Below are positions 50,626 through 60,450 of a DNA stretch of 64,000 nucleotides, piece by piece (positions within the stretch are counted from its first letter, which is position 1; every line of letters begins with the position of its first letter). Under the pieces are notes generated by a model. It ran no database searches, was not told the DNA's origin, and saw only the letters and a list, made by a program, of their open reading frames with translations. The translations under genes were made by a program, and so were the position numbers. Origin of the DNA: Candidatus Bathyarchaeota archaeon (GTDB lineage: Archaea; Thermoproteota; Bathyarchaeia; Bathyarchaeales; Bathycorpusculaceae); contig CAVYES010000004.1 of NCBI GenBank assembly GCA_963767735.1, forward strand, positions 416,001 to 480,000, in the 5' to 3' direction.

Positions 50626-51605
50626 TTTGCAACATCCTCCCTTAGTGATCGGCCTGTGTACTTTAGAAAGACATCATCTAGGCTGGGTCGGGATAACGTT
50701 ACGGTTTGCGCCTCCAAGTTTCTTGCGTCCAATGAACGCAAAAGGTCAGGCATCTTTTTCTCTCCGTCTTTAAGGGTTAAATGGACTGAATTGTCCGTAG
50801 TTTGAATTCTCTCTACCTTGATCTTCTCATTTAACATGGTTTCAGCATTGCGAGCGGTTTCCTCTGTTAGAAAACTAAAAACTATCGTGTCGCCGCCAAC
50901 AGAGCTTTTTAACTCCCCAGGCGTTCCAGTCACAATAATTTTTCCGTTATCTATAATTGCGATTGTGTCACAGAGTTTGTCGGCTTCATCCATGTATTGA
51001 GTGGTTAAAAAGATGGTGATGCCGTCAGCTTTCAGTTTTTTTATTTCTCCCCACAGATAGGCTCTACTTTGGGGATCAAGACCTGTTGTCGGCTCATCAA
51101 GAAGAAGCAGTTGCGGATGGTGAATCATCCCAAGCGCAATATCCAAACGGCGTTTTTGTCCACCAGAATAGGACTGAGCTGGTCTCTCTATGAATGTGTT
51201 CATCTGGAGACGCTCAACGAATTCAGCCGCGGATTTCTTTGCAGCCAAAGCATCTATACCGTACAGTTGAGCTTGCAGGACTAGGTTTTGAAAACCCGTC
51301 GAATACAAGTCTGCTCCACCTGCTTGACTCACGCATCCAATGTTCTGTCTAATCTGTTCCTGCTGTTTTGCTAAGTCATATCCAAGAACCTTGGCTTCTC
51401 CACCGGTCGGACACAGCAGTGTTGAGAGCATTTTCTGCGTGGTAGATTTGCCGGCGCCGTTTGGACCAAGAAAACCGAAGATTTCCCCTTTCCTAACAGT
51501 AAGATCTATACCTTTAACTGCCTCTACCTCTTTTTTTGCTCCCCTCTCTTTAGAAACGAAAGTCTTTCGAAGCCCCTTAGTCTCGATTACCAAATCTCCA
51601 ATCAT
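50622..51605 (-). CDS. DrrA-like ABC exporter ATPase
   Basis: GPNGAGKST, YSGGQKRRLD, LDEPT.GLDP.SR, TT.YMDEAD, PSLDDVFL.YTG. Confidence 0.93.
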   Translation of the reverse strand: MIGDLVIETKGLRKTFVSKERGAKKEVEAVKGIDLTVRKGEIFGFLGPNGAGKSTTQKMLSTLLCPTGGEAKVLGYDLAKQQEQIRQNIGCVSQAGGADLYSTGFQNLVLQAQLYGIDALAAKKSAAEFVERLQMNTFIERPAQSYSGGQKRRLDIALGMIHHPQLLLLDEPTTGLDPQSRAYLWGEIKKLKADGITIFLTTQYMDEADKLCDTIAIIDNGKIIVTGTPGELKSSVGGDTIVFSFLTEETARNAETMLNEKIKVERIQTTDNSVHLTLKDGEKKMPDLLRSLDARNLEAQTVTLSRPSLDDVFLKYTGRSLREDVAK

Positions 51606-51922
51606 GTTGAAACACCATGAATAATACATTTAACTTCATAACCGTGAAAAAAGATAAACTCACCTTTCAGAAGTCGCCTGATCGATATTGAACTATGCCG
51701 TCTATTTGCCAAAACCTAAAACCTTCTAAACCCCCTTACAAAGAGAGCTATATAAGAATTTTTACGAGTAATAGCACCAAAACACACCGCTCATCAACCA
51801 ACTAATGCACTAAACAGTTAAAGCCTGAACGCGAGAGACATTATTGGAAAAGATTAACACAGTTATTTTTAACTGAAACAACAAAGCGTATTTGCTTGCC
51901 AGTTTTGGACGACTCAATTCAT

Positions 51923-52057
51923 TTATCTGCAGCTTAACGAGATTGTGTCCGGCACAAATATTTCAATCGTTTCAGCGCTAGTTTTTTTCGTTTGTTTTTT
52001 TCTTTGCTGCAAATGTTCTTCCAAATCTCGAGTTTGATAATTTAGTAAAGAGCACAT
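51923..52057 (-). CDS. 44-aa MCSL microprotein, copy 2 (not in ORF track)
   Basis: ATG start; 19/44 ungapped identity to ORF 32713-32850; shared upstream 16-mer. Confidence 0.7.
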   Translation of the reverse strand: MCSLLNYQTRDLEEHLQQRKKQTKKTSAETIEIFVPDTISLSCR

Positions 52058-52376
52058 GATTGTCATTTCAGTTTTACGTTATTAGGTTTTATGAATTGCC
52101 GGTTCATAAAAAGGCGGTCGCTTAAGGCTAATTAAAATCCCAAATCCAAAAAACCAACTTAAATAAGCTCTGAACCGAGCTTATCTATAAATCTCTACTA
52201 TTTGTGAAGAAAAATTGGCTCAAAAACAAACTAAAAACAAGCCCGTCAGGAAGATGGGGAAGAAGAGGGGCTATTTACCGTTGAAATAACCCTGTTAAAG
52301 GCATAATGGCAACTATTTGGAATAAAGCGTCAGATAACTACATTAGAAATTAGGAAAAGGGAGAGGGATAGATTGT

Positions 52377-54595
52377 TTATTCTTTCTCGAAGTATTCTTC
52401 TGGTTTTGGCGGGACTGGTGGTAAACCTCTGCGTTCGCGAATCTTCTTTATTGTATCAGCTTGCATCTGCTCTGGAACTGGTGCCCAACGACTAAACTGT
52501 GTTGCCCAGAAAGCTCTGCCTGAAGTTGAACCTCGCAGTTCATCAGCGATGCCGAAGCTTTCGGAAACTGGCATTTCAGCTTTTACAGTGATCATGTCTT
52601 CTTCAGATGGCATGTCAAGGATTTTTCCTCGTCTTTTGTTAAGCATTGTGATTACTGCGCTGACGAATTCGCTTGGAACTTTACATTCGAAACTCATGAG
52701 TGGTTCAAGCAGTTTTGGATCGCTCAGCAGTATACAGCAGTATATTGGTCTCCAAGTCATTGGGATAGCTTGTGCTGGTCCCCTGTGGACTGGGTCTTCA
52801 TGCAGGACTATGTCTTCAAGGTTGATTTTCAAGCCGTAAGCTGGTTCTTTAGCTAATGGCGATGTATGGACTGCTTCGCGGAACCCACCTTTAATGTGGT
52901 CTAAAATTTCCTCAACATATTGTCTTCCACGAATACGGTTGACAAGAATGCAGTTTTCTTCTACAGCTACTGCGCCTTTTGCTTCATCTGCTTCCCATCC
53001 TAAAGCCCGCAAGGTTTTCGTTCGTTCATCTTTGCTTTGCATATCATTAATTTTATCAGACTTTATTGCTTCAATCACTTCATCTGACAGCTTCTCAATA
53101 GTTATCCAAAGTTTGTTATGTTTGTTGGGGCTTTTACCCATGATTGCTGGACCGCGGTAATCGTGACTGATGGTTTCTCGGTAGATGACGATTGGCTTGC
53201 TAAGTTTTACTTTTAAGCCTGCTTCCTGCATTCGGTAAGCGGTGATTTCAAGGTGAAGTTCACCCATGCCTGATAGGAGAAATTCGCCGCTTTCTTTATT
53301 CATAACAAAGTGCAGGTTAGGGTCTTCCGTTGTAAGTTTATGCATGACTTTATCGAATAAAGGTAGGTCTTTGACGTCTTCAGGTTCGACAGCTACGGTT
53401 ACGACTGGGTCAGAAACATATCTTAAGCCTTCAAACGAATGTACATCTGCGCCTTCTTCTGCAATAGTTTCGCCGACATGTATTGATGGTAAACCTGAGA
53501 TTGCTCCAATGTTGCCTGCTGGAACACGGTCAATAAGAACACGGTCAGTTGCCATACTCATGAAAACCTGTTGAATAGTGCCTTTCTGGTTACTGCTTAA
53601 AAGTTGGACTGTTTTTCCTCGCTCAACTGAACCGCTGAAAATTCTGCCGATTGCAACTGTTCCGCTGTGTGGGTCAACTTCAATTGTTGATATGCACATG
53701 AGCAAAGGTGCTTTAGGATCAACTTTTGCCATGCCTTGACCTGTTGGACTATTAACGTCTCCTGGCCAAATCTGTGGCTGCCTGTATGGTTGTGCTTCGT
53801 ATGGGTTAGGTAAGTGTTTGACAGAACATATCCAGAATTGGTTCTGGTAACGGTGCTCTTTTACTTAGTTCATCAACTTTTCTTCCCACTTCTATCGGGT
53901 CGCCTGAGTATGCGTCGATAATGTCTTGGAAAGTGACTTTCTTCATTTTCATGTGATCAAGATTTAAACCCCATTTGTGCAGTGCGGAACCGAATGCAAC
54001 ACGGCTATCTTCTATTTTGACTTGCCAGTCTTGTTTATGTTCTGCAGGCGCATACCTCTCAATTAAACTGTTTACTCTCATGAGAATCTTTGCAAATTTC
54101 TTTTGAATCTCTTCAGGTGTGAGTTTGATTTCTTTTATTAGTCGGTCAACTTTATTGATGAATAGAATTGGTTTAACACGTTCTCGAAGAGCTTGCATCA
54201 AAACGGTTTCTGTTTGAGTCATGGGTCCTTCAACAGCATCCACAACCACAAGTGCACCGTCGACTGCTCTGAGGCTTCTTGTTACGGCACCTGAAAAGTC
54301 AATGTGTCCAGGGGTGTCGATGAGGTTGATGAGGTAATCTTGATTATTGTAAGTGTGAACTAAGCTAACGTTTGAGGCGAAAACGGTCATTTGACGTTTC
54401 TGCTCAAGATCCCACGAATCGAGGAAACAGTTTTTGCCCAGCAGTTTGGGTGCTGATGATTCCTGCTGCTGCAAGTAAACTGTCGGCTAGTGTGGTTTTT
54501 CCGTGGTCAACATGAGCAATAATACTGGTATTTCTGATGAATGTTGGAGTTTCCATCAGTTTGACTATTTCGTCAGTTTGCCTATAACGCGCCAT
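52377..54595 (-). CDS. fusA: Archaeal elongation factor EF-2 (two apparent +1 indels near 54425 and 53820)
   Basis: [34 protein letters not shown], diphthamide loop [12 protein letters not shown], spread over three frames. Confidence 0.95.
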
Positions 54596-54874
54596 AACTA
54601 TACATTCTCCATTTTTTGAGGATATTTATTACGTGAAACTACTTGAAAAGTGAATTTGTAGCCTATTAACTTTATGGCAAAGTTTATTTGAAATACTTGG
54701 AAAAATTTTACACCTGAATAATCGAGCGCAAGCATGTTAAACCAAACAATTTGGCAATAAAATCAACCAGTTTTTACGTCCGCAGCTAACAAGGGGGTTA
54801 ATTATTGGCCGTTAGGCATATGCCTTTCTTGATAATCCTGTAAAGGTTTTTATTAGCTCTTCGGCAATGTAGGT

Positions 54875-55762
54875 TTGATGTCTGGTAAACAATTTTTCGT
54901 AGATCGCTATGAAGAACTTGGCTGGGAATATTCGGAGGTTCAGCTAAGGCAATCGATACGAATAAACCAGATGAATGCTAAAACCAAAAAACTCGCTGAA
55001 AGACTCAATAGTTTAGGCGTTACACTCGAGAAGATAACTTTTTTGCCAAATGGATATTGGATAGCAAAATCCAAAGTTTCTGCCGGTGCCACAGCTGAAT
55101 ACCTGCTTGGCTTGTACTCGATTCAGGAAGCAGCTGCCCAAATTCCAGCAACTCTCTTCACCGCCTTAAAAGGTAAAATCGTGTTGGATGCTTCAGCAGC
55201 TCCCGGTGGGAAAACCGTTCAACTTGCTGATTTAATGGAAAACAGCGGTGCAATAATAGCTTTAGATGCGAGTAAGCAGAGGCTGGTGGCGATGGCGAAT
55301 CATTTGGAGCGTTGCCACGTCAGCAACACAATCGTCTATAACTTGGATGCACGGCAAGCCGGAACTCTGAACCGCATCTTTGACCACATACTTTTGGACG
55401 TTCCTTGCTCCGGAAACTTTGCCGCTGATAGTCAATGGCTTTATCGAAGAACCCTCGCCGACATAGAGCGCAACTCGAAGATACAACGGGAAATTCTAAC
55501 TGAAGCCGTAAAATGTTTATCACAAAATGGCGAAATGGTTTATTCCACCTGTTCATTGGAGCCCGAGGAAGACGAGTTAAATATGGATTGGGCAGTCAAA
55601 AACTTGGGGCTGCAGATTCAACCGATTAACTGCCTTGGGGTAAATGGGTTAACTGAGGTTTTTAGGAGAAAACTTGCCTCGCAGGTTGCCAATTGCAGAA
55701 GAATCTGGCCTGAAAAAACACAGGGTTTCTTCGTATGTAAGCTAAAAAAGGTGCTCTCCTAA
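54875..55762 (+). CDS. RsmB/NOP2 family RNA m5C methyltransferase
   Basis: IQE, LDA.AAPGGKT, LLDVPCSG, YSTCS..PEEDE, GFF. Confidence 0.95.
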   Translation: MMSGKQFFVDRYEELGWEYSEVQLRQSIRINQMNAKTKKLAERLNSLGVTLEKITFLPNGYWIAKSKVSAGATAEYLLGLYSIQEAAAQIPATLFTALKGKIVLDASAAPGGKTVQLADLMENSGAIIALDASKQRLVAMANHLERCHVSNTIVYNLDARQAGTLNRIFDHILLDVPCSGNFAADSQWLYRRTLADIERNSKIQREILTEAVKCLSQNGEMVYSTCSLEPEEDELNMDWAVKNLGLQIQPINCLGVNGLTEVFRRKLASQVANCRRIWPEKTQGFFVCKLKKVLS

Positions 55763-56241
55763 TGAGACCGTATGAAGTTTTTGCTTCGCGTTTTGGAGCC
55801 AGAGTTGCCTTTGACCCTCAGTTTATACTTGAAAAGAGCCAACGGTATTATCTTTTGAATCCGCGCCTTAAAAAAGTTGGGCAAGAGGACTTTTTTTATG
55901 CTGGCTTGTACCTGGGTAAAGTGGGCAAGAATGGCGGTTTCTTTCCAAGCTTTAACCTTTTAAATATGCTTGTGGATGTTGCTTCGAATAAGATTGTGGT
56001 TGACGGAAAAGCGGCTTGGCTTTTCATCTGCGGAAGAGATGTTTTTCGAGCTGGCTTAGTGAAGGTGATGGGGTCTAAGCATAAGGATGATGCCACTTTG
56101 GTCCTTAATGAGTTCGGTGAATGTCTTGGCTTTGGCACGATAATGGATAATTTAAATGAGACAGAAGGCAAGGTTGCTGTTAAGAACGTACTGGATGTTG
56201 GGGATTTTCTGCGAAGGGAGAGATGGGAAAATTCGATCTAG
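55762..56241 (+). CDS. nip7: Nip7-like PUA-domain ribosome biogenesis protein
   Basis: AGLYLG, F.PS, LFICGRDVF, LGFG, DVGDFLRRE; coupled to the RsmB gene. Confidence 0.8.
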   Translation: MRPYEVFASRFGARVAFDPQFILEKSQRYYLLNPRLKKVGQEDFFYAGLYLGKVGKNGGFFPSFNLLNMLVDVASNKIVVDGKAAWLFICGRDVFRAGLVKVMGSKHKDDATLVLNEFGECLGFGTIMDNLNETEGKVAVKNVLDVGDFLRRERWENSI

Positions 56242-56397
56242 CTATTCAAAGTTTTTAGTTTGTTTGGTGCATCTAATTTTTAATTAATGTTTTTGCCTCA
56301 GAAACTTTTTTTGCATAGTGAACGTTTATTCAATCAATCAAGGGATAAACTTATATACGTTTATGTTTTAAGTGGATTCTCAAACATATGATTTAAT

Positions 56398-57870
56398 ATG
56401 GTGAAAGTCATGGATGAACAAGTAAAGAAAGCAATTGAAACTCTTAAATCAAATAATATTCGATGGGTGCACAGCGCATTCGTCGATGTAAGAGGAATAC
56501 TCCAAGACATGGTTCTACCAGCCCGAGAATACATTAACGGCTCAGCATTCACAGACGGCATCGGCTTCGACGGATCTTCAGTACGCGGCTTCAAATCAAT
56601 CGAAGAATCCGACATGATCTTCATGCCTGACGCCAAAACCTTATCGATAATGCCCTGGGTAACTGATGAAGCGCAGAAAAGCGCAATCGTACTTGGCGAC
56701 GCATTGGAAGCTTCAGGGGCAAAAGAACCCTCCGTTACCTGCCCAAGAGGCTACGTAGCGAAACGAGCCATAAAAGCAGCAAAAGACATGGGTTACACTG
56801 GAATTTTCGCTCCTGAACTTGAACACTTCGTATTCACCTCAATTGACCCAACTAAAATGACCTGGGATCTTTGGGCAGCTCCCAAAAGCGGCGAAGGAGA
56901 TGCATGGGGAGCACCAAGGGTTGTGCCAAATTCTCCCGAAGTAACTCCCGGCGGCTTCATTCTAAGACCTAAAGAAGCCTACTATCGAACTCCGCCTGAA
57001 GACACAACAGTGGAGTACCGAAACGAAGTTTCGCAGGTGCTGGAAGATAACTTTGGCTTAACAATCGAGAAGCATCACCACGAAGTAGCTACCGTCGGAC
57101 AAGTAGAAATCGATTACAAATACGGCGAACTGCTTGAAACTGCTGACCGAGCACTCTTCTTCAAGTTCGTCGCCAAAAATATCGCCAAGAAACGCGGCTT
57201 AATCGCCACTTTCATGCCTAAACCCATCTACCTTGACAACGCCAGCGGTATGCATGTTCACTCAAGCATATGGAAGGACGGCAAAAACGCAATGTACGAC
57301 GCGGAAGATGACTATTGCGAACTTAGCCAAACCGGCAGATACTACGTTGGAGGCATACTTACCCACGCTAAAGCCTTAACTGCAGTGTGTTGTCCAACTG
57401 TCAGCAGCTACAAACGGCTTGTACCAGGCTTCGAAGCTCCAATATACGTCATGTGGTCCAGAGCTAACCGCTCAGCACTCGCACGCATCCCCATGTACTA
57501 TAAAGGTCCTTCACATCAAGCACAAAAACGTGTTGAATACCGAGGCGTAGATCCATCATGCAATCCGTACTTAGCATTTGCGTGCATTATGATGGCTGGC
57601 TTTGACGGAATCAAAAAGAAACTTGATCCAGGCGACCCAGTTGACGAAGACGTTTATAAACTCAGCAAAGCAAAACGCAAAGAACTAGGCATAAAAGAAC
57701 TCCCAACGACACTCAAAGGAGCATTAGATGAAATGGAAAACGACGACGTCATAAAAGAAACATTAGGTACCCACGTTTTCGACGCATTCATTGAACTGAA
57801 AACCAACGATTGGAACCAATACTGCTTATACGTTTCGCCTTGGGAAATAATGAAGTACCTCGACTATTGA
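56398..57870 (+). CDS. glnA: Glutamine synthetase type I
   Basis: FDGSS, ESDM, PELE, HHEV, ATFMPKP, SGMHVH, SYKRLVPG.EAP, NRS, EYR..DP..NPYL. Confidence 0.98.
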   Translation: MVKVMDEQVKKAIETLKSNNIRWVHSAFVDVRGILQDMVLPAREYINGSAFTDGIGFDGSSVRGFKSIEESDMIFMPDAKTLSIMPWVTDEAQKSAIVLGDALEASGAKEPSVTCPRGYVAKRAIKAAKDMGYTGIFAPELEHFVFTSIDPTKMTWDLWAAPKSGEGDAWGAPRVVPNSPEVTPGGFILRPKEAYYRTPPEDTTVEYRNEVSQVLEDNFGLTIEKHHHEVATVGQVEIDYKYGELLETADRALFFKFVAKNIAKKRGLIATFMPKPIYLDNASGMHVHSSIWKDGKNAMYDAEDDYCELSQTGRYYVGGILTHAKALTAVCCPTVSSYKRLVPGFEAPIYVMWSRANRSALARIPMYYKGPSHQAQKRVEYRGVDPSCNPYLAFACIMMAGFDGIKKKLDPGDPVDEDVYKLSKAKRKELGIKELPTTLKGALDEMENDDVIKETLGTHVFDAFIELKTNDWNQYCLYVSPWEIMKYLDY

Positions 57871-57885
57871 GTCGGGAAATTGAAC

Positions 57886-57910
57886 CTTTCCTTATTTTTT
57901 CCATTTTTTT
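57886..57910 (+). terminator. Oligo-T terminator after glnA
   Basis: CTTTTCCTTATTTTTTCCATTTTTTT directly after the stop. Confidence 0.55.
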
Positions 57911-57963
57911 AGACATTTTCAATCTCCAAGCACATGCACGACAATTTAAGTAATAAGTTTTAT

Positions 57964-58503
57964 AAAAAACCTAGCAGAATACCTGCCGCGTTAGCGGCAG
58001 GATGAATGCGTCCAACCCGCAGTTCTATTAGTTCTACCAAACGATAGGTCTGTCACCATTGGATAAGGAGGTGATAGACCTGGAGAAAGCAAGATCGTGT
58101 GCTTACCAAGCCAACTACCACCTTATCTGGGCCACTAAATACCGGCGCAAGGTACTTCTAGGCTCAGTTGAGGTTAGGTTGGAGGAGGTACTTAAGACGA
58201 CTGCTAGTCAAAGTGGTTTTCAGCTGCTTGCTGCTAAGGTTCATCGTGGTGATCATGTGCATGTGTTTGTTTCAGCTCCGCCGAAAGTATGTATACCTGA
58301 GATGGTGCGTGTTTTGAGGTGCAATTCAGCGAAGTTGCTTTTTGAAGAGTTTCCGGTGCTGGAGGAGAAGCTTTGGGGTGGACATTTGTGGTCGGAGGGA
58401 TACGCTGTTAGAACTGCAGGTGTTGTGACTAGCACGAAAATCGAGGAATACATCAATAGGTCGTAATTAGGGATGCTCGCCCCGTAAGGGGCGAGTAGTT
58501 CAC
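57964..58503 (+). mobile_element. Complete 540-bp IS200/IS605-family element, tnpA only
   Basis: Left hairpin CCTGCCGC-GTTA-GCGGCAGG (57982-58001) after TTAT target; right hairpin CTCGCCCC-GTAA-GGGGCGAG (58476-58495) ending TTCAC. Confidence 0.88.
58059..58466 (+). CDS. tnpA: Y1 (HuH) transposase
   Basis: YHLIWATKYRR, DHVH, LWSEGY, IEEYI catalytic Tyr; true start probably CTG 58080 after GGAGGTGA. Confidence 0.95.
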   Translation: MDKEVIDLEKARSCAYQANYHLIWATKYRRKVLLGSVEVRLEEVLKTTASQSGFQLLAAKVHRGDHVHVFVSAPPKVCIPEMVRVLRCNSAKLLFEEFPVLEEKLWGGHLWSEGYAVRTAGVVTSTKIEEYINRS

Positions 58504-58645
58504 TTTTCTCTATAGATTGTTTTAGCAATACTATAATTTTTTTTTGTTCTTTTATGTCTAAAACTTCTCTTGGAACCAATCCACATAAAAACCATTCATA
58601 AAATTTTAATTTTCCATGTTTTCCTATTTCTATTGAATACATTTT

Positions 58646-59647
58646 TTAACCCTCTATTATGTTTTCGTTGTCTTTGAAGACTTGTTCAGAAGAACTTAGA
58701 GTTTCCTCAACCAGATTGTAGAGTTCATTCAGAAGCAAAGCCAACTTTTCGCCTTTAGCAGTCAGGCAGTAGGCTTTAGGCATTTTTCTCATGAACACCA
58801 GCTTCTTTCCCTTCAGTATTCTCAGGTACTTGTAGGTTGTCCTTGTTGTAAGTCCTGTTTTTTCGGCGAGTTTTTGGGCGGAAATTCTCCCGTTAGGTAC
58901 GCCGTTGTAAACCTTGCTTTCGGTGGAGGATAACGTTTCCTTTGCAGGGTCGCGTTTTGATTTGAAGAAGAATATGTACGCTCTTTCCTTGGGAGTTTCT
59001 GCCAGCTCCACCTTTTTCAGTCTCCTTAGGATTCGCGAGACAATATTTTCGGGGAGAAGCCCGTTTATGTCTTCAAAGGTTTTGGGTCCGCTGAGCAAAG
59101 CTTTGAGTACAGTTTCTTCATAGCACTCGGAATGCACTGGCAGAAAGTTCAGTATTTTAGCTGAACCTTCGATCAATTCTGTAAGTCTGCCACCGAACGT
59201 TGTCGCGTAGTACCCGTCTTGAGCCTCAACGGCAAGCCCAACTTCCACCAATGGCCGCAAGTACTCTTTAACTATGGTGTCTTGACTGTGTGAGTGACCC
59301 GCCTTTCTGAGTTCTTGTTGAAGCTTGCGCACTGAATAGTGGCCTTTAGCATTCGTCATGAGAATGTGTAGTCGCGTGTCGCTTTTGAGTACGTTCATTA
59401 GGTCTTTCATGAAGTCTGGGTTTTCAATGGTCTTGTGGAGTCTTCTAAGCTCGTTCTTCATCTTCCAGGTTTTGCAGCGTGAGATGCATTCAAGCGGAGT
59501 TAGTGGAGTGCACTTCCGGCATTCATCATCCAAGATTCTGAGCATTGCTGGGAAATCACGGTTTTTTTCCACGCTTCTGGTCGGTGCCAGTATGTTTTGA
59601 GCCTTCATTTGGCTTTTACCTTTTCGGCGACGAGAAATAGTGTGCAT
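58646..59647 (-). CDS. Multi-winged-helix protein with N-terminal Cys4 motif
   Basis: CRKC.P..P.EC..RC, then about three wHTH-like units (Y..T.FG, LA..TGL..RTTYKYL..L..K.LV, Y.LT.KG). Confidence 0.7.
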   Translation of the reverse strand: MHTISRRRKGKSQMKAQNILAPTRSVEKNRDFPAMLRILDDECRKCTPLTPLECISRCKTWKMKNELRRLHKTIENPDFMKDLMNVLKSDTRLHILMTNAKGHYSVRKLQQELRKAGHSHSQDTIVKEYLRPLVEVGLAVEAQDGYYATTFGGRLTELIEGSAKILNFLPVHSECYEETVLKALLSGPKTFEDINGLLPENIVSRILRRLKKVELAETPKERAYIFFFKSKRDPAKETLSSTESKVYNGVPNGRISAQKLAEKTGLTTRTTYKYLRILKGKKLVFMRKMPKAYCLTAKGEKLALLLNELYNLVEETLSSSEQVFKDNENIIEG

Positions 59648-59691
59648 ATGCTACAATTCCTCTTGCAGATTTTTTGAAAAGAGAGGCTGTT

Positions 59692-59793
59692 TTAGTTACT
59701 GGTTGATTGTTGAAGAGCGGGCACCGCATTTGCTTGTGAAAAGAACAACACGGTAACTACAGTAGCTATCGCTAGGATCTTCCTCCTTTTCAT
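59692..59793 (-). CDS. 33-aa ORF consisting of a signal peptide plus 10 residues (not in ORF track)
   Basis: MKRRKILAIATVVTVLFFSQANA-VPALQQSTSN; BRE/TATA GAAAAACC-GTTTAATAAA about 28 nt upstream. Confidence 0.5.
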   Translation of the reverse strand: MKRRKILAIATVVTVLFFSQANAVPALQQSTSN

Positions 59794-60063
59794 ATCATCT
59801 GTAAAAATGTAAAACACACGTTTATTAAACGGTTTTTCAGAATTATACCCAACTTTGTTCCTAATCTTTTTGGTTTGCGCTCATATTAGAAAGTGATAAT
59901 TACTGTGGAAAACTAGGAGAGAATGCCTCAAATAGGATAATAGGAATTGAGCCGAACCTGAAATTGCATTAAGGAAATGAGATCAATTGTAAAGGCTCTA
60001 AACGCGCTGGTTTGTCCCGAAATTGAAAGCTTATTTTGAGAAGCGGGGTCTCGTATCAAATGA

Positions 60064-60450
60064 GTTACGTCCAAGCTTAGGAGGTATATCCTAGCGGGAC
60101 AAGATGAACACGAGACCATAGAAACCCTCTTCAGAAACTTAGACTTAAGTTTTGCTAAAGCAGCAGTCATAGGTTGATTTCACAGTAGTGGACCCGGTAG
60201 GCATCCCAGAAACCCACTCGGCGTTTTCAGAACTTTCATCGTAATGCGTATGAAGGGCGCTCGCAGCCTAAGAGAAATGACAAGACTTCTTGACGTTGAC
60301 CAAAGATACAGAAGGCTTTGTTTGCTTAAGACGGGCGAGGCGGCTTATTCTAGAAGCGTTCTCAGCAGGTTCACTCGAAAAATTGGAGAAGACAACCTTG
60401 TCAGAATAATCGAGGAAAAAGTCGTTAGACTTTTGAAACGGAACGGTGTT
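60064..60450 (+). pseudogene. N-terminal fragment of IS5/IS1182-like transposase
   Basis: GPGR.P..P, SLRE..RLL..D...R.LC, SRSVLSRF motifs; in-frame TGA at 60175; no DDE domain. Confidence 0.7.

Noticed and set aside
51602-51712. 36-aa uORF overlapping the ABC ATPase start (ATGA)
   Set aside because: TTG start, no recognisable motif or homologue in the window; could be chance.
52377-54595. EF-2 as pseudogene, programmed frameshift or diphthamide-less paralogue
   Set aside because: Canonical HRG loop and GTPase motifs are intact, and the indels resemble neighbouring assembly errors.
54814-54825. Perfect palindrome AGGCATATGCCT
   Set aside because: Single occurrence upstream of the TATA region, no second site or candidate regulator.
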